From an uncultured Acidobacteriota bacterium (GTDB lineage: Bacteria; Acidobacteriota; Thermoanaerobaculia; Gp7-AA8), in contig CAVUKB010000005.1 of assembly GCA_963741955.1 (NCBI GenBank), positions 352,001 through 416,000 of the forward strand: a stretch of DNA of 64,000 bases. The letters are read 5' to 3'. Position 1 is the first letter of the stretch. Each line of letters opens with the position of its first letter. Below are positions 1 to 9,479 of this stretch, piece by piece. The notes beneath the pieces are model-generated. The model saw nothing but the letters and a program-made list of their open reading frames with translations. It ran no database searches and was not told the DNA's origin. The position numbers and the translations under genes were made by a program.

Positions 1-1413
1 CGCACTTCGTTTCCGACATGATCGATCAGCTTGATCTGAGTGCATTCTACGAGCGGTACAAGGGCGACGGCAGGCGGAAGCAGCCCTACGAGCCGAGGAT
101 GATGCTCAAGTTGATCACCTATTCGTACCTGACGGGAACGTTCTCCTCGCGCAAGATTGCCCGGCGGATCGATGAAGATATCGCCGTCCGGTATCTTGCA
201 GCCGGGAACTTTCCATCGCATCGGACCATCTGCGACTTTCGGCTTGAAAACGTGGACGCATTCAGCTCATTGCTGGTCCAGATCATTCGGACCGCTCAGG
301 AGGCAGGGTTAGTTACGCTCGGGAGGATCGCAATCGACGGGTCGAAGGTGCGAGCGAATGCCAGCAAGCACAAGGCGATGAGCTACGATCGGATGAAGAA
401 GGAAGAAGCGAAGCTCGAGAAGGAGATCGCGGAGATTTTGGCCACAGCGGCGGAAGAGGATGCCCGGGAGGATGCCGAGTACGGGGTTGATCGACGCGGG
501 GATGAGTTGCCCGAAGAGCTCCAGCGCCGGGAAACACGCATCCGAAAGATCAGAGATGCACGAGAGCGACTCGAACAGCGACAGCGGGAACTGGACACGA
601 AGGCTGGTCGCTCCGAAGGCGACGATGATCCGGCCAGGAAGAAGGGTAAGCCATTCAAACGGAAGTTCGGCGTACCTGAGGACAAAGCGCAAGAGAACTT
701 CACCGATTCCGAGAGCCGAATCATGAAGTCCCAGGAAGGATTTCAGCAGTGCTACAACGCGCAGATCGCAGTCGATGCCGATAACCAACTCATCGTCGGA
801 TTCGAGATCACACAATCTGCGGCGGACAGCGGATCACTCGTGCCTTTGGTCGAGGTGGTCGAACAGAATTGCGAAACAAGCCCCGACCAGGTTGTTGCCG
901 ACACCGGTTACAAGTCGGAAAGCTCGTTCATCGAGTTGGAGGAGAAGAAGATCGATGCGTATGTTTCTCTCGGACGAGAAGGCAAAGAAACCGCAGCTGA
1001 GACGACGCTCCCCGCTACTCTGCGGATGAAGCAGAAGTTGGACTCACCTGCAGGCAAGGCGGTCTATCGCCGGCGAAAGGCGATCGTTGAGCCGGTGTTT
1101 GGCTGGGTCAAAAACGTTCTCGGCTTTCGACGATTCAGTCTCCGCGGGACGCGCAAAGTTGCCGGCGAATGGGCTCTGGTGTGCCTGGTGATCAATCTGA
1201 AGCGAATGAGCGCTCTGGTTGCGGTCGAATAGCCCCGGCAGAGCAGTATCCAACCCCGAAAAGTCCCGCCGAGCAAGTGTTTCGCGCTGCCACCTCCCCG
1301 AGAACGGCTCCATCAACCCCAAGGCGCTTCGATGGCCCGGTTCTGCCGCTCGCGAGCGGACGTCACCCGAGATCATCAGGAAGCGCCGAACTTACGTCCT
1401 ATCGCGCAGACTC
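1..1413 (+). mobile_element. IS1182-family insertion sequence, right part
   Basis: Transposase followed by the terminal sequence TCCTATCGCGCAGACTC (1397-1413) and CTAG (1414-1417); the same terminus recurs inverted at 5985-6001. Confidence 0.85.
3..1232 (+). CDS. IS1182-family transposase (5' end probably outside the window)
   Basis: PYEPRMMLK...SSRKIARR (DUF772-like), IAIDGSKV, YNAQIAVD, VADTGY, YRRRKAIVEPVFG DDE motifs; the frame is open to the window edge. Confidence 0.93.
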   Translation, partial: HFVSDMIDQLDLSAFYERYKGDGRRKQPYEPRMMLKLITYSYLTGTFSSRKIARRIDEDIAVRYLAAGNFPSHRTICDFRLENVDAFSSLLVQIIRTAQEAGLVTLGRIAIDGSKVRANASKHKAMSYDRMKKEEAKLEKEIAEILATAAEEDAREDAEYGVDRRGDELPEELQRRETRIRKIRDARERLEQRQRELDTKAGRSEGDDDPARKKGKPFKRKFGVPEDKAQENFTDSESRIMKSQEGFQQCYNAQIAVDADNQLIVGFEITQSAADSGSLVPLVEVVEQNCETSPDQVVADTGYKSESSFIELEEKKIDAYVSLGREGKETAAETTLPATLRMKQKLDSPAGKAVYRRRKAIVEPVFGWVKNVLGFRRFSLRGTRKVAGEWALVCLVINLKRMSALVAVE

Positions 1414-1417
1414 CTAG

Positions 1418-1594
1418 CCCGCATTTCTCACACCGTCTCGTCGCGAGGAGAAGGAGAGTGGCCTGGATGCAAGGCGCGCCCCGCTTCGGCGAGGAAGGCA
1501 TAGTGGTGACTATGTCGAGGAGCCGAAGGGGGGCGCAACGCAGCAGACAGGCCGCTCTCCGTCTCCGCAGCAGAGATGGTGTGAAAAATGCGGG
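1418..1594. mobile_element. MITE, family B (~177 bp)
   Basis: TIRs CCCGCATTTCTCACACCGTCTC (1418-1439) and GAGATGGTGTGAAAAATGCGGG (1573-1594), 20/22 match; flanked by CTAG and TCAG; internal ATGCAAGGCGCG...GCAACGCAGCAG. Confidence 0.8.
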
Positions 1595-1598
1595 TCAG

Positions 1599-1700
1599 CC
1601 CGCATTTCTCACACCGTCTCGTCGCGAGGAGAAGGAGAGTGGAGTGGTCGCGAGGCACGAGCATCGTCGACGTGGGAAGAGTAGCGACTATGTCGTGGGA
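1599..1700. repeat. Partial second copy of MITE B, directly adjacent
   Basis: 1597-1642 is identical to 1416-1461 (46 bp), then diverges; right end approximate. Confidence 0.75.
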
Positions 1701-1758
1701 GAAATCCGGAGCAGGTCGGACCCGAACCCGCAGGCGGTCCCGTGCTGTTCGGAATGCG

Positions 1759-2472
1759 CTACTGCCCCGAAGAGTCGGGAACGACCGGGTCGTCGGCCGC
1801 CAGCCTCTGGGTCGCGCGGCGCTTCAGGAGCATCGGAACTCCGACCGCCAGAAGCATCAGCACGAAAACGGTGACGACACGGTGCAGGAACGCATCACGG
1901 GTGAGAGTTCCGTTGAGCAGTGCGTCGGAAGAGTAGGTCATCACGAACGTGATCGGCGCAATTCCCAGTACGGTACCGAGCACGAAATGGGTGAGCCTGA
2001 GGCCTGCGAAACCCGCACCGTAGTTCAGCACTGCGAACGGGAAGATCGGGATTACCCTCAGCAGGAGAAACGACTTGAATCCTGCATGGTCCAGCTGCCG
2101 GCTGACCCGGCGCCCGTTCTCGCCCATGTGCAGAAGAATGCCGCCTCCGATGAACCGCGCCACGAGGAACGACGCCGTCGCGCCGATGGTCGCTCCCGTG
2201 AGTGCGTAGATCCCGCCGAGCTGCCAACCCCAGATCACCCCCGCGGAGAGAACGAAGACCGTGGCGGGAACCCAAAGGACACACCCGACGGCGTATGCGA
2301 CGATGAAAAGAAGAGGCGCGTACCAGAATCCGGCGATGCGCCCGGCGGTCAGGCGGATGTTTTCGACCGTGAGCATTCCCCGCCACGGCGAAAGATAGAG
2401 AGCGACAACCGCGGCCACGATCGCACCGAGGACCAGGAGACGAAGCGCGAGACGACCGTGTGCTCGGGTCAT
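1759..2472 (-). CDS. TVP38/TMEM64 (DedA superfamily) membrane protein
   Basis: GATIGATASFLVARF and LLRVIPIFPFAVLNYGAG motifs; ATG overlaps the upstream stop (TGATG). Confidence 0.88.
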   Translation of the reverse strand: MTRAHGRLALRLLVLGAIVAAVVALYLSPWRGMLTVENIRLTAGRIAGFWYAPLLFIVAYAVGCVLWVPATVFVLSAGVIWGWQLGGIYALTGATIGATASFLVARFIGGGILLHMGENGRRVSRQLDHAGFKSFLLLRVIPIFPFAVLNYGAGFAGLRLTHFVLGTVLGIAPITFVMTYSSDALLNGTLTRDAFLHRVVTVFVLMLLAVGVPMLLKRRATQRLAADDPVVPDSSGQ

Positions 2473-3035
2473 CAGCGCCGGCTCCGGTTCACCACGACTG
2501 TGGAGTTCTCGTCGATCTCCAGCGCCAGTTCCAGCGAACGAACGATCGTCCGCAGCCCGACGCTGCAAGGGACATCTTTGAAGAGAAACGTCCCTTTCCC
2601 CGAGACGTCGGGATCGATGATCAGGTTTCGAATCCCGCACTGCTGCTTCACGATCTTCATGATCTCGTGAACCTCGGCGTCCTTCACGTCGAGAGCCAGC
2701 CGCGGCTCAGACGGATCACTCACCAGAAAGGCGTTCGGAGTTTCATCCACCTTCAGGTTCGCCTCCGCCGCGATCCGCCGGAGTGCGTCGAGTGGACGGA
2801 CCGATCGGGCATGAAGAGAAATCTGCCGGTCCGCGGGAAGGAGCGATCGGATCGCCTTCCCCGTGTACAGCTCGAGGGTCGCGAGAACAGCCTCCAGCGA
2901 TCCGTTCTCGACTGCGACGTCGATCGTCTGCCGGTCGGTGGCCGACGGTGCGATGCGAACCGCATCCATCGCGCCGGCGAATGCGGCCACGCATGCCAGC
3001 GAAAGCAGAATCGACACTCCCCAGGTTCGAGTCAT
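2472..3035 (-). CDS. Exported protein with tandem secretin/TonB N-terminal (STN/N0-like) domains
   Basis: Signal peptide; LALDVKDAEVHEIMKIV...NLIIDPDVSGKGTFLFKDVP resembles the PilQ/GspD N0 domain; no secretin barrel. Confidence 0.6.
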   Translation of the reverse strand: MTRTWGVSILLSLACVAAFAGAMDAVRIAPSATDRQTIDVAVENGSLEAVLATLELYTGKAIRSLLPADRQISLHARSVRPLDALRRIAAEANLKVDETPNAFLVSDPSEPRLALDVKDAEVHEIMKIVKQQCGIRNLIIDPDVSGKGTFLFKDVPCSVGLRTIVRSLELALEIDENSTVVVNRSRR

Positions 3036-3135
3036 CAGCTCAGGGAACAACGCCCGCAGCACATTTATTTGCCTCGGTACGACGTTCCGTGCTATCCAAT
3101 TCCGAGCCATCATTCCGGAGGTGACTGGAGGAAGA

Positions 3136-4083
3136 TTGGAAAAGATTCTCGTTCCCGGGCACCTCCTCGACGCGCTGTCCGAAGCCGTGATGGGTCTCGA
3201 TCTCGACCTGGTTCCGTACGACCAGAACGGGATCCCGCTTCGGAACTCCACCGGCACGACCGCGATGTTCCGCTGGTGGCTCTCTCAGGATGATGGCGAC
3301 CGGCTGCTGATCCAGAATCCGGGAATCCGGTGGCTGCACACCGGGTCGGCGGGCGTGGACCACATTCTGACGCCGACATTCGAGCTCGTCTCCCCACTCC
3401 TTACGAATTCTCGTGGGGTCCACGCGCCTTCGATCGCCGAATGGGTCGTCGCCTGCATGCTCTACCAGTTGAAGGCTCTGAACGAGATGTCTCTCCGTCA
3501 GGCCTCGCACACGTGGGAGAAGATCGAACGACCCGAGCTCACTGACAGCCACGTGACCGTCCTCGGGGGCGGGAGTATCGCCTGTGAGATCGCAAGACGG
3601 CTCCGACCGTTCGGGTCCGTCATCACCGCGGTCCGGCGCTCGGCGCGACAGGCCAGCGAGTTCGATCGGGTCGTCGGCCCGGAAGGGCTCGAGAAGGAGG
3701 CCCACGAGGCGGATTGGTTCATCATCGCCGTCCCACTGACTCCCGAGACCCGCGGGGTGGTCGATCGAAACGTGATCGGGGCGATGTCGCCGGAGTGCAC
3801 TCTGATCAATGTCGCTCGCGGCGAGATCATCGACCAGTCTGCTCTCCGCAATGCGATCCGGGAACGGCGCATTCGTGGAGCAATTCTCGACGTTTTCGAG
3901 CACGAACCACTCCCATCCCACGACCCGCTCTGGGATTCTCCCGGCGTCCTCGTGCTTCCCCACACCACCTGGCGAAGTCCAGAGGTGAAAATGCGTCAGG
4001 TGGCGTTGTTCGCCGAGAACACCCGCCGTTTCGTCCGCGGCGACACACTCCTCAACCTTGTCGATGTAACCCGCGGGTATTGA
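3136..4083 (+). CDS. D-2-hydroxyacid dehydrogenase family protein
   Basis: SAGVDH, VLGGGSIA, INVARG, LDVFEHEPL, LPH; TTG start after GGAGG. Confidence 0.9.
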   Translation: MEKILVPGHLLDALSEAVMGLDLDLVPYDQNGIPLRNSTGTTAMFRWWLSQDDGDRLLIQNPGIRWLHTGSAGVDHILTPTFELVSPLLTNSRGVHAPSIAEWVVACMLYQLKALNEMSLRQASHTWEKIERPELTDSHVTVLGGGSIACEIARRLRPFGSVITAVRRSARQASEFDRVVGPEGLEKEAHEADWFIIAVPLTPETRGVVDRNVIGAMSPECTLINVARGEIIDQSALRNAIRERRIRGAILDVFEHEPLPSHDPLWDSPGVLVLPHTTWRSPEVKMRQVALFAENTRRFVRGDTLLNLVDVTRGY

Positions 4084-4570
4084 CCTCCCGCTCTAATCCC
4101 CACCTTTTCCGTTTTCTTCGAAACCATCAGCAGAGTCACGAAACCAGGAGCGAAATAATCTACAGTGACCTTTCTCTCGGCGCCCGACTGGCGTGAAAAC
4201 GGCCCCTCAGGATCCACAAAACTCAGGTGAGAGGTGCGGAAAGCGGAAATGCGAGCGCGAACGTGGGCTCGCCGGTGGTCCGATCCGCGTCTTCGCTCCC
4301 GTTTGCGGAATCCTGCAGCCGATTCAACAGTCGAATTGCGAGGATGAAGTCGGCGACGAGTCACGGAGCTGCTGAGCCATCCACGTCGGATCGGATCTCG
4401 CTTCTGTCCCCTCGCGGCTGGGCGGTTTCAGCAAAAATCTCTCCCGGCAGGCCGAGCACGGGGCGCGACGCATGCGGGATGATGCCTGGCGATGCCCGTG
4501 AGAAGAGCGCATTCGACGCGCGTGCAGAGCAAGAAGGGCGCGATTGCACGAGACTGACCGAACTGCGCCT

Positions 4571-4600
4571 GAAAAAGAAACGGCCCGGCGATGCCGGGCC
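4571..4600 (-). terminator. Intrinsic terminator of the thiolase gene
   Basis: GGCCCGGC-GAT-GCCGGGCC stem followed by TTTCTTTTT on the minus strand. Confidence 0.75.
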
Positions 4601-4623
4601 TCGAATTTCGGAGTTGATGATAA

Positions 4624-5805
4624 TTACGCTGCGGCGGGGTTCTCGACGATCATCGCGATTCCCTGGCCTCCCCCGATGCAGGCCGAGGCAAGACCGTAGC
4701 GCGCCCCGCGCCGTCGCAACTCGTACATGAGAGTGAGGAGAAGCCTGCTCCCGGTCGCTCCGAGTGGGTGCCCGAGGGCGATCGCTCCACCGTTGACGTT
4801 GAGCTTCGACGGATCGATACCGAGATCCTTCACCACCGCGAGGATCTGTCCCGCAAACGCCTCATTGATCTCGATCAGATCGATCTGGTCGAGAGTGAGT
4901 CCCGCTTTCTGGAGGGCGATCTTCGTCGAAGGAACCGGCCCGATCCCCATGATGTCGGGATCGCATCCGCTGATGCCCCACGAAACGATGCGGCCGAGTA
5001 GTTTCCGGCCTTTCGTTTTCGCATACTCGGCGCTGGTGACGACGAGCATCGCTGCGCCGTCGACGATCCCGCTCGCGTTTCCCGCGGTCACGAAGCCATC
5101 CTTCGCAAAAGCCGGCTTGAGTTTCGCCAGCCCCTCCATCGTCGTCTCCGGCCGCAGGTGGTCATCGCGGTCGATCTGCTCCCCTTTTCGACCGACGGTG
5201 ACAGGAACGATCTCCTCGGAGAGGCGGCCCGCCTCCCACGCCGCGCCTGCCCGACGCTGGCTTTCGAGCGCAAACGCATCCTGATCTTCGCGGCTGATGT
5301 CGTACTTCCGCGCGAGATTGTCGGAGGTCTGCGCCATATAGAGTCCGGTGTAGCTGTCGAGGAGCGCAACCATCAGCGAGTCTTCCAGAGCACCCTGCCC
5401 GAGCTTCAGCCCCTTGCGTGCACCGCGGATCACGTGCGGCGCCTGAGACATGTTCTCCATCCCGCCGGCGAGCACGGTTTCCGCCTCGCCGAGAAGAATC
5501 TGTTCGGCTCCACTGACGACGGACTGGATCCCGGAACCGCAAAGCCGATTCACGGTAAGAGCCGGAACCTGCTTCGGTACACCAGCCTTCAATCCCACGT
5601 GCCGCGCGCCGTAGATGGCATCGCCGGAAGTCTGAAGCGCGTTCCCGACGATGACGTGGTCGACCTCGTCAGGTGAAAAGCCGCTGCGCTCGAGTGCGCC
5701 TTTCGCCGCGACGACCGCGAGGTCGATCGCGCTGGTGTCACTGAAGTGGCCGTTGTACTCGGCCATCGGGGTTCTCGCACCGTCGATGATGACCAGTTCC
5801 TTCAT
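4624..5805 (-). CDS. Acetyl-CoA C-acetyltransferase (thiolase)
   Basis: [26 protein letters not shown]. Confidence 0.95.
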   Translation of the reverse strand: MKELVIIDGARTPMAEYNGHFSDTSAIDLAVVAAKGALERSGFSPDEVDHVIVGNALQTSGDAIYGARHVGLKAGVPKQVPALTVNRLCGSGIQSVVSGAEQILLGEAETVLAGGMENMSQAPHVIRGARKGLKLGQGALEDSLMVALLDSYTGLYMAQTSDNLARKYDISREDQDAFALESQRRAGAAWEAGRLSEEIVPVTVGRKGEQIDRDDHLRPETTMEGLAKLKPAFAKDGFVTAGNASGIVDGAAMLVVTSAEYAKTKGRKLLGRIVSWGISGCDPDIMGIGPVPSTKIALQKAGLTLDQIDLIEINEAFAGQILAVVKDLGIDPSKLNVNGGAIALGHPLGATGSRLLLTLMYELRRRGARYGLASACIGGGQGIAMIVENPAAA

Positions 5806-5947
5806 TGCTTCTCCGATCTCGAATTTGTAGTGGTCCACCGGTGAATCCCGGGAGACCCGGTGACTTCGTTCAGGAGTCTCTCAGCGTCGCTCGCCGAGAA
5901 AGGGAACGACGACTGAACCCTGTCTACTACGTTGCTCACATCCTCGC

Positions 5948-5980
5948 CTCCTCGCGTCGAGACGGTGTGAGAAATGCGAG
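5948..5980 (-). repeat. MITE B terminus, inverted copy
   Basis: Reverse complement of 1418-1450 with 2 mismatches. Confidence 0.8.
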
Positions 5981-5984
5981 CTAG

Positions 5985-6099
5985 GAGTCTGCGCGATAGG
6001 AACTGTCCTACTGCGAAAGAAGGTCAGCGGTCCAAATCCGAACGAATTTGTCCTCGCTGCTCCGCTTTCCCGCTACGGACGTTTCTACCGCGCCGACTC
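5985..6099. mobile_element. MITE, family A (115 bp), derived from the IS1182 ends
   Basis: TIRs GAGTCTGCGCGATAG and CTACCGCGCCGACTC (13/15); CTAG on both sides (5981-5984, 6100-6103); left end identical to the IS terminus. Confidence 0.85.
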
Positions 6100-6981
6100 C
6101 TAGATCCTATCAGCATCGGTGGCGGTGGCGCGCTCCCTTTTGACCAGGACCAGAAGGAAAACGACAACGGCCACGAGCTCCGCCACGGTGACGAGAACAC
6201 TCCCTTCGATGCCGAACCTCCCGCCGCTGATCCATTCCGCACCACGCGGAAGGGTAGAGAAGACGGTTGCCGCCGGTCGGTAGCCACTGACGGGATAGCC
6301 GAGAATCGGACCTGACAGAACGTTCCAGCAGAAATGGATTCCCAGCGGAAACCAGAGATCGCGGCGGAGAAGCCAGGCCAGTCCGAGGAGAACGCCAGCG
6401 AGAAAGATATTCACGAGCGAAACCGGGCCGACGGCGACGTTTCCGAGGTGCAGTGCCGCGAAGCCAGCCGCAGAGAGGAGGACCGCGGTGGGGCGATTGA
6501 AAGCCGCGAGTTTCTGGAAGGGGTATCCACGGAAGACCAACTCTTCGTGAAACACAGCGGGGAGGAACAGCAGAACGAGCTCTCTCGCGCTCGGAGATCC
6601 CTCCGCGATGTTCCGGGCGAATCCTCCCATCGCGGCGATCCCGAGATCGGCCGCGCCGACGATGGCCAGCGCCGCAACCGCGCCGAGCACGATCGAAATC
6701 CAGGCCCGACGAGGAGCAACGAAGAATCCGAGGGGCCAGCGAAAGCGGTCGGTGACTCCGGCGCCAGCGACGCTGCCGATGATGGCGGCGGCAAGAGCTG
6801 CCCATTGGAAGGCCGCCATCCGGTGCAGCGGAAGGACGGCGGCGATCGCGACGAAGGAACCGAGGTACGCAGCGAAAAAGAGGACTTCCGCCGCGAAGAC
6901 GCGCTCGAGGCGGTGAAATAGAGAGTCGCGCGAGCGGCGCGGCGTCCTCTCGTCCGCAATCTGCTCATGATCGGTGGTCAT
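6100..6981 (-). CDS. CPBP (CAAX prenyl protease-like) intramembrane metalloprotease
   Basis: EELVFRG, FAALH, HFCWN motifs; multiple TM segments. Confidence 0.92.
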   Translation of the reverse strand: MTTDHEQIADERTPRRSRDSLFHRLERVFAAEVLFFAAYLGSFVAIAAVLPLHRMAAFQWAALAAAIIGSVAGAGVTDRFRWPLGFFVAPRRAWISIVLGAVAALAIVGAADLGIAAMGGFARNIAEGSPSARELVLLFLPAVFHEELVFRGYPFQKLAAFNRPTAVLLSAAGFAALHLGNVAVGPVSLVNIFLAGVLLGLAWLLRRDLWFPLGIHFCWNVLSGPILGYPVSGYRPAATVFSTLPRGAEWISGGRFGIEGSVLVTVAELVAVVVFLLVLVKRERATATDADRI

Positions 6982-7014
6982 GTGCCAGCCCTCGGGAGTG
7001 ATCCGAACAAAACG

Positions 7015-7042
7015 AAAAAAGCACGAGCAATGCTCGTGCTTT
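7015..7042 (-). terminator. Intrinsic terminator after the exbD operon
   Basis: GCACGAGC-AAT-GCTCGTGC with A6 on the left, giving U6 on the minus strand. Confidence 0.8.
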
Positions 7043-7068
7043 CTTCAGTGTTCAGGAATCGCGCTCGA

Positions 7069-7521
7069 CTACTGTCCGGGAGTCGCGAGGCTCTGGCTCA
7101 GGGTCTGAGCCTGTGTCTCGACGTTCTCGACGATGATTCCGATGTTCTTGGCTCCGGCCGCGCGGGCGGTGTCCAGGAACTTCATCACGTCTTCGTACTT
7201 CGCATCGGAGTCGCCCGAGAAGAAGACCATCTTGCTCGAGTTCCCCTTGAGAATCTCCTGGACGCGCTGCGGGAACATGTCGGAACTGACCTGTTCCTTG
7301 TTGATGAACATGTTGCCTTCCTTCGTGAGCCGGAAGACGATCTGATCCGGGCTCGGCGGAACCACCTGACCTGGAGGTGGTTTCGGCGGCACTTTGACCA
7401 GATATCCCATCTGAACGACGGGCGTGATGACCATGAAAATGATCAGCAACACCAGGATGACGTCGATCAGGGGGGTGATGTTGATGTCAGAGCGGAGAGT
7501 TCCGCTTCCACCTACTTGCAT
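7069..7521 (-). CDS. exbD: ExbD/TolR family protein
   Basis: INITPLIDVILVLLIIFMV. Confidence 0.92.
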   Translation of the reverse strand: MQVGGSGTLRSDINITPLIDVILVLLIIFMVITPVVQMGYLVKVPPKPPPGQVVPPSPDQIVFRLTKEGNMFINKEQVSSDMFPQRVQEILKGNSSKMVFFSGDSDAKYEDVMKFLDTARAAGAKNIGIIVENVETQAQTLSQSLATPGQ

Positions 7522-7530
7522 CTGAGTCCC

Positions 7531-7989
7531 CTATGTCTCGGCGCCGGTCTGTTTGATCGGTTCAGCGATCAGTCCGACATCCTCGAATCCGACATCGCGG
7601 CACGCCTTCAACACGCGGAGGACGCGCCCGTAGTTCACGTTCTTGTCGCCTTTGACGGCGATCTCACGATCCGGAGTTCGTTCGTGAATATCCTTCAGCT
7701 GCGCTTCGAGATCTTCGTCCCGGATGATGTTCGGTCCGAGGTAGATGATCCCATCGTCCTTGACGGAGACCTGCAGCTGGGTCTGAGTGTCCGGCGTCTT
7801 CTCGGGTGCAACGGTTTTCGGGAGGACGACGGGCACGCCTTTCTGCAGCATGGGCGTGACCACCATGAAGATGATCAGAAGAACCAGACAGACGTCGACG
7901 AACGGCGTGACGTTGATATCGCTCTGCAGTCCCGCCTTCTGCAGCTTCGTAACAGAGCTATGCCACTTCCTATGGCTACTTCGCTTCAT
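7531..7989 (-). CDS. exbD: ExbD/TolR family protein
   Basis: INVTPFVDVCLVLLIIFMV; VKGDKNVNYG. Confidence 0.92.
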   Translation of the reverse strand: MKRSSHRKWHSSVTKLQKAGLQSDINVTPFVDVCLVLLIIFMVVTPMLQKGVPVVLPKTVAPEKTPDTQTQLQVSVKDDGIIYLGPNIIRDEDLEAQLKDIHERTPDREIAVKGDKNVNYGRVLRVLKACRDVGFEDVGLIAEPIKQTGAET

Positions 7990-8659
7990 TGCCTTCCGCT
8001 TCTTTGAGGAGATAAATGCTCATCTCGGAGCCGGAGTTGGACATCTCGACGGTAAAGCGGTCGACCCGGTTCTGGAAGTAGTTGTAAGCCCAGACCGCCG
8101 GGATCGCAACGAACAGACCGAATGCCGTCGACACGAGCGCTTCTGCGATACCAGCGGAGACCGACGCGATTCCGCCGCCATGGTTCGCCATGCCGACGAA
8201 CGCGTTGATGATTCCGACGACGGTTCCGAACAGTCCGACGAACGGCGCGGTGGCTCCGATGGTCGCGAGCGCCCCGAGGTTCTCCTTCAGTTCGGCGACG
8301 GTGATCATCGCGGTGCGGTCCATCCCCTGGCGGGCCGCCTCGAGGCTGACCTCGGGGTCGATGTTCCGCTTGTCACGACGGCTGGCTTCGAACTCGAGCA
8401 GACCGGCGGCGATGACTTTCGCCAGGTGGCTGCTCTTGTACTTCTTCGTGACGTCGATCGCTTCCTGATACGCGCTGCGGGTGAGCACGTTCGAGAGAGC
8501 TCCGATGAGCTTGAGCGACTGACTCTTGGCCTGGGTGAAAACGATGTAGCGCTCGACCATGACCCAGATCGAGTAGACCGACATGATGGCCATGACGAGG
8601 GCCACGCCCTTCACCACCGGGTGCATCGTGTTCCAAAGTGTTACCGGACTCAGATCCAT
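7976..8659 (-). CDS. exbB: MotA/TolQ/ExbB proton channel protein
   Basis: LATIGATAPFVGLFGTVVGI; GIAEALVSTAFGL. Confidence 0.93.
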   Translation of the reverse strand: MDLSPVTLWNTMHPVVKGVALVMAIMSVYSIWVMVERYIVFTQAKSQSLKLIGALSNVLTRSAYQEAIDVTKKYKSSHLAKVIAAGLLEFEASRRDKRNIDPEVSLEAARQGMDRTAMITVAELKENLGALATIGATAPFVGLFGTVVGIINAFVGMANHGGGIASVSAGIAEALVSTAFGLFVAIPAVWAYNYFQNRVDRFTVEMSNSGSEMSIYLLKEAEGNEAK

Positions 8660-8713
8660 TGGTTCTCCTCCATCTCTCGACGACCGTCCCCTCGGCCGGC
8701 CGCCGACAATCCG

Positions 8714-9445
8714 TTAGTTCAGTTTGAAATTCACCGTGAGGTTGAATATGACGTCCACGGGCTGGCCGTTCAAGGTACCAGGCTTGAATTTCCAACGTTT
8801 GACCGCATCCGCTGCGGCCTCACTGAGGCCGAACGGTAACCCTTTCAGTACCTTCACGTCGCGGACGTACCCCGACTTGTCGATCACCGCCTCGATGATG
8901 ACGATACCCTGAATGCGCGCCTTCCGCGCCACTTCGGGATACGTCGGCTCGATCCGGTTGATCACGGTCGGGGCTTTCACGTCGCCTCCGACACGGAGCG
9001 GGGCTTCGGGGGCCTCGGTGATCACGCCGCCGACGACTCCGCCGACGACTCCACCGACCACACCACCGGGAACGCCACCTTCGACGCCGCCTTCGACTCC
9101 CTCGTCACCGGTGTTCTGAGGAAGATCCGGAATCTTTTCCGGGACCTGAGTCGGAGCAAACTGCTCCGCATTCTGCGGTACCGGGGTCGGCTTGACCACC
9201 TCGACCGGTTTGACCGCTGCTTTCGGAGGCGGCGGAGGCGGAGGCGGAGGCGGAGGGGGTGGGGCGACAGCAGAGTACTGCGCCACCTGGGCGGGAGCAT
9301 TGATCGGAAAATCGACGTTCCAGACCCCAGCGAACACCGCGCCACCGATGGCGATGACGTGCACTGCGATCGAGACCGGAAGCGTCAGATATTTCTGAAT
9401 CCCGACCTTTCTCTTCTTGGACTCGACAACCGTCGTTTCAAACAT
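8714..9445 (-). CDS. tonB: Energy transducer TonB
   Basis: TM helix with SxxxH, poly-Pro linker, GGVVGG repeats, PTYPEVA...WKFKPG C-terminal domain. Confidence 0.92.
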   Translation of the reverse strand: MFETTVVESKKRKVGIQKYLTLPVSIAVHVIAIGGAVFAGVWNVDFPINAPAQVAQYSAVAPPPPPPPPPPPPPKAAVKPVEVVKPTPVPQNAEQFAPTQVPEKIPDLPQNTGDEGVEGGVEGGVPGGVVGGVVGGVVGGVITEAPEAPLRVGGDVKAPTVINRIEPTYPEVARKARIQGIVIIEAVIDKSGYVRDVKVLKGLPFGLSEAAADAVKRWKFKPGTLNGQPVDVIFNLTVNFKLN

Positions 9446-9479
9446 GTGTTCGGCAATCCTCAGTCGGTTTTCTTCTCAA

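Noticed and set aside
9224-9264. (GGAGGC)n repeat
   Set aside because: It encodes the ordinary poly-proline linker of TonB
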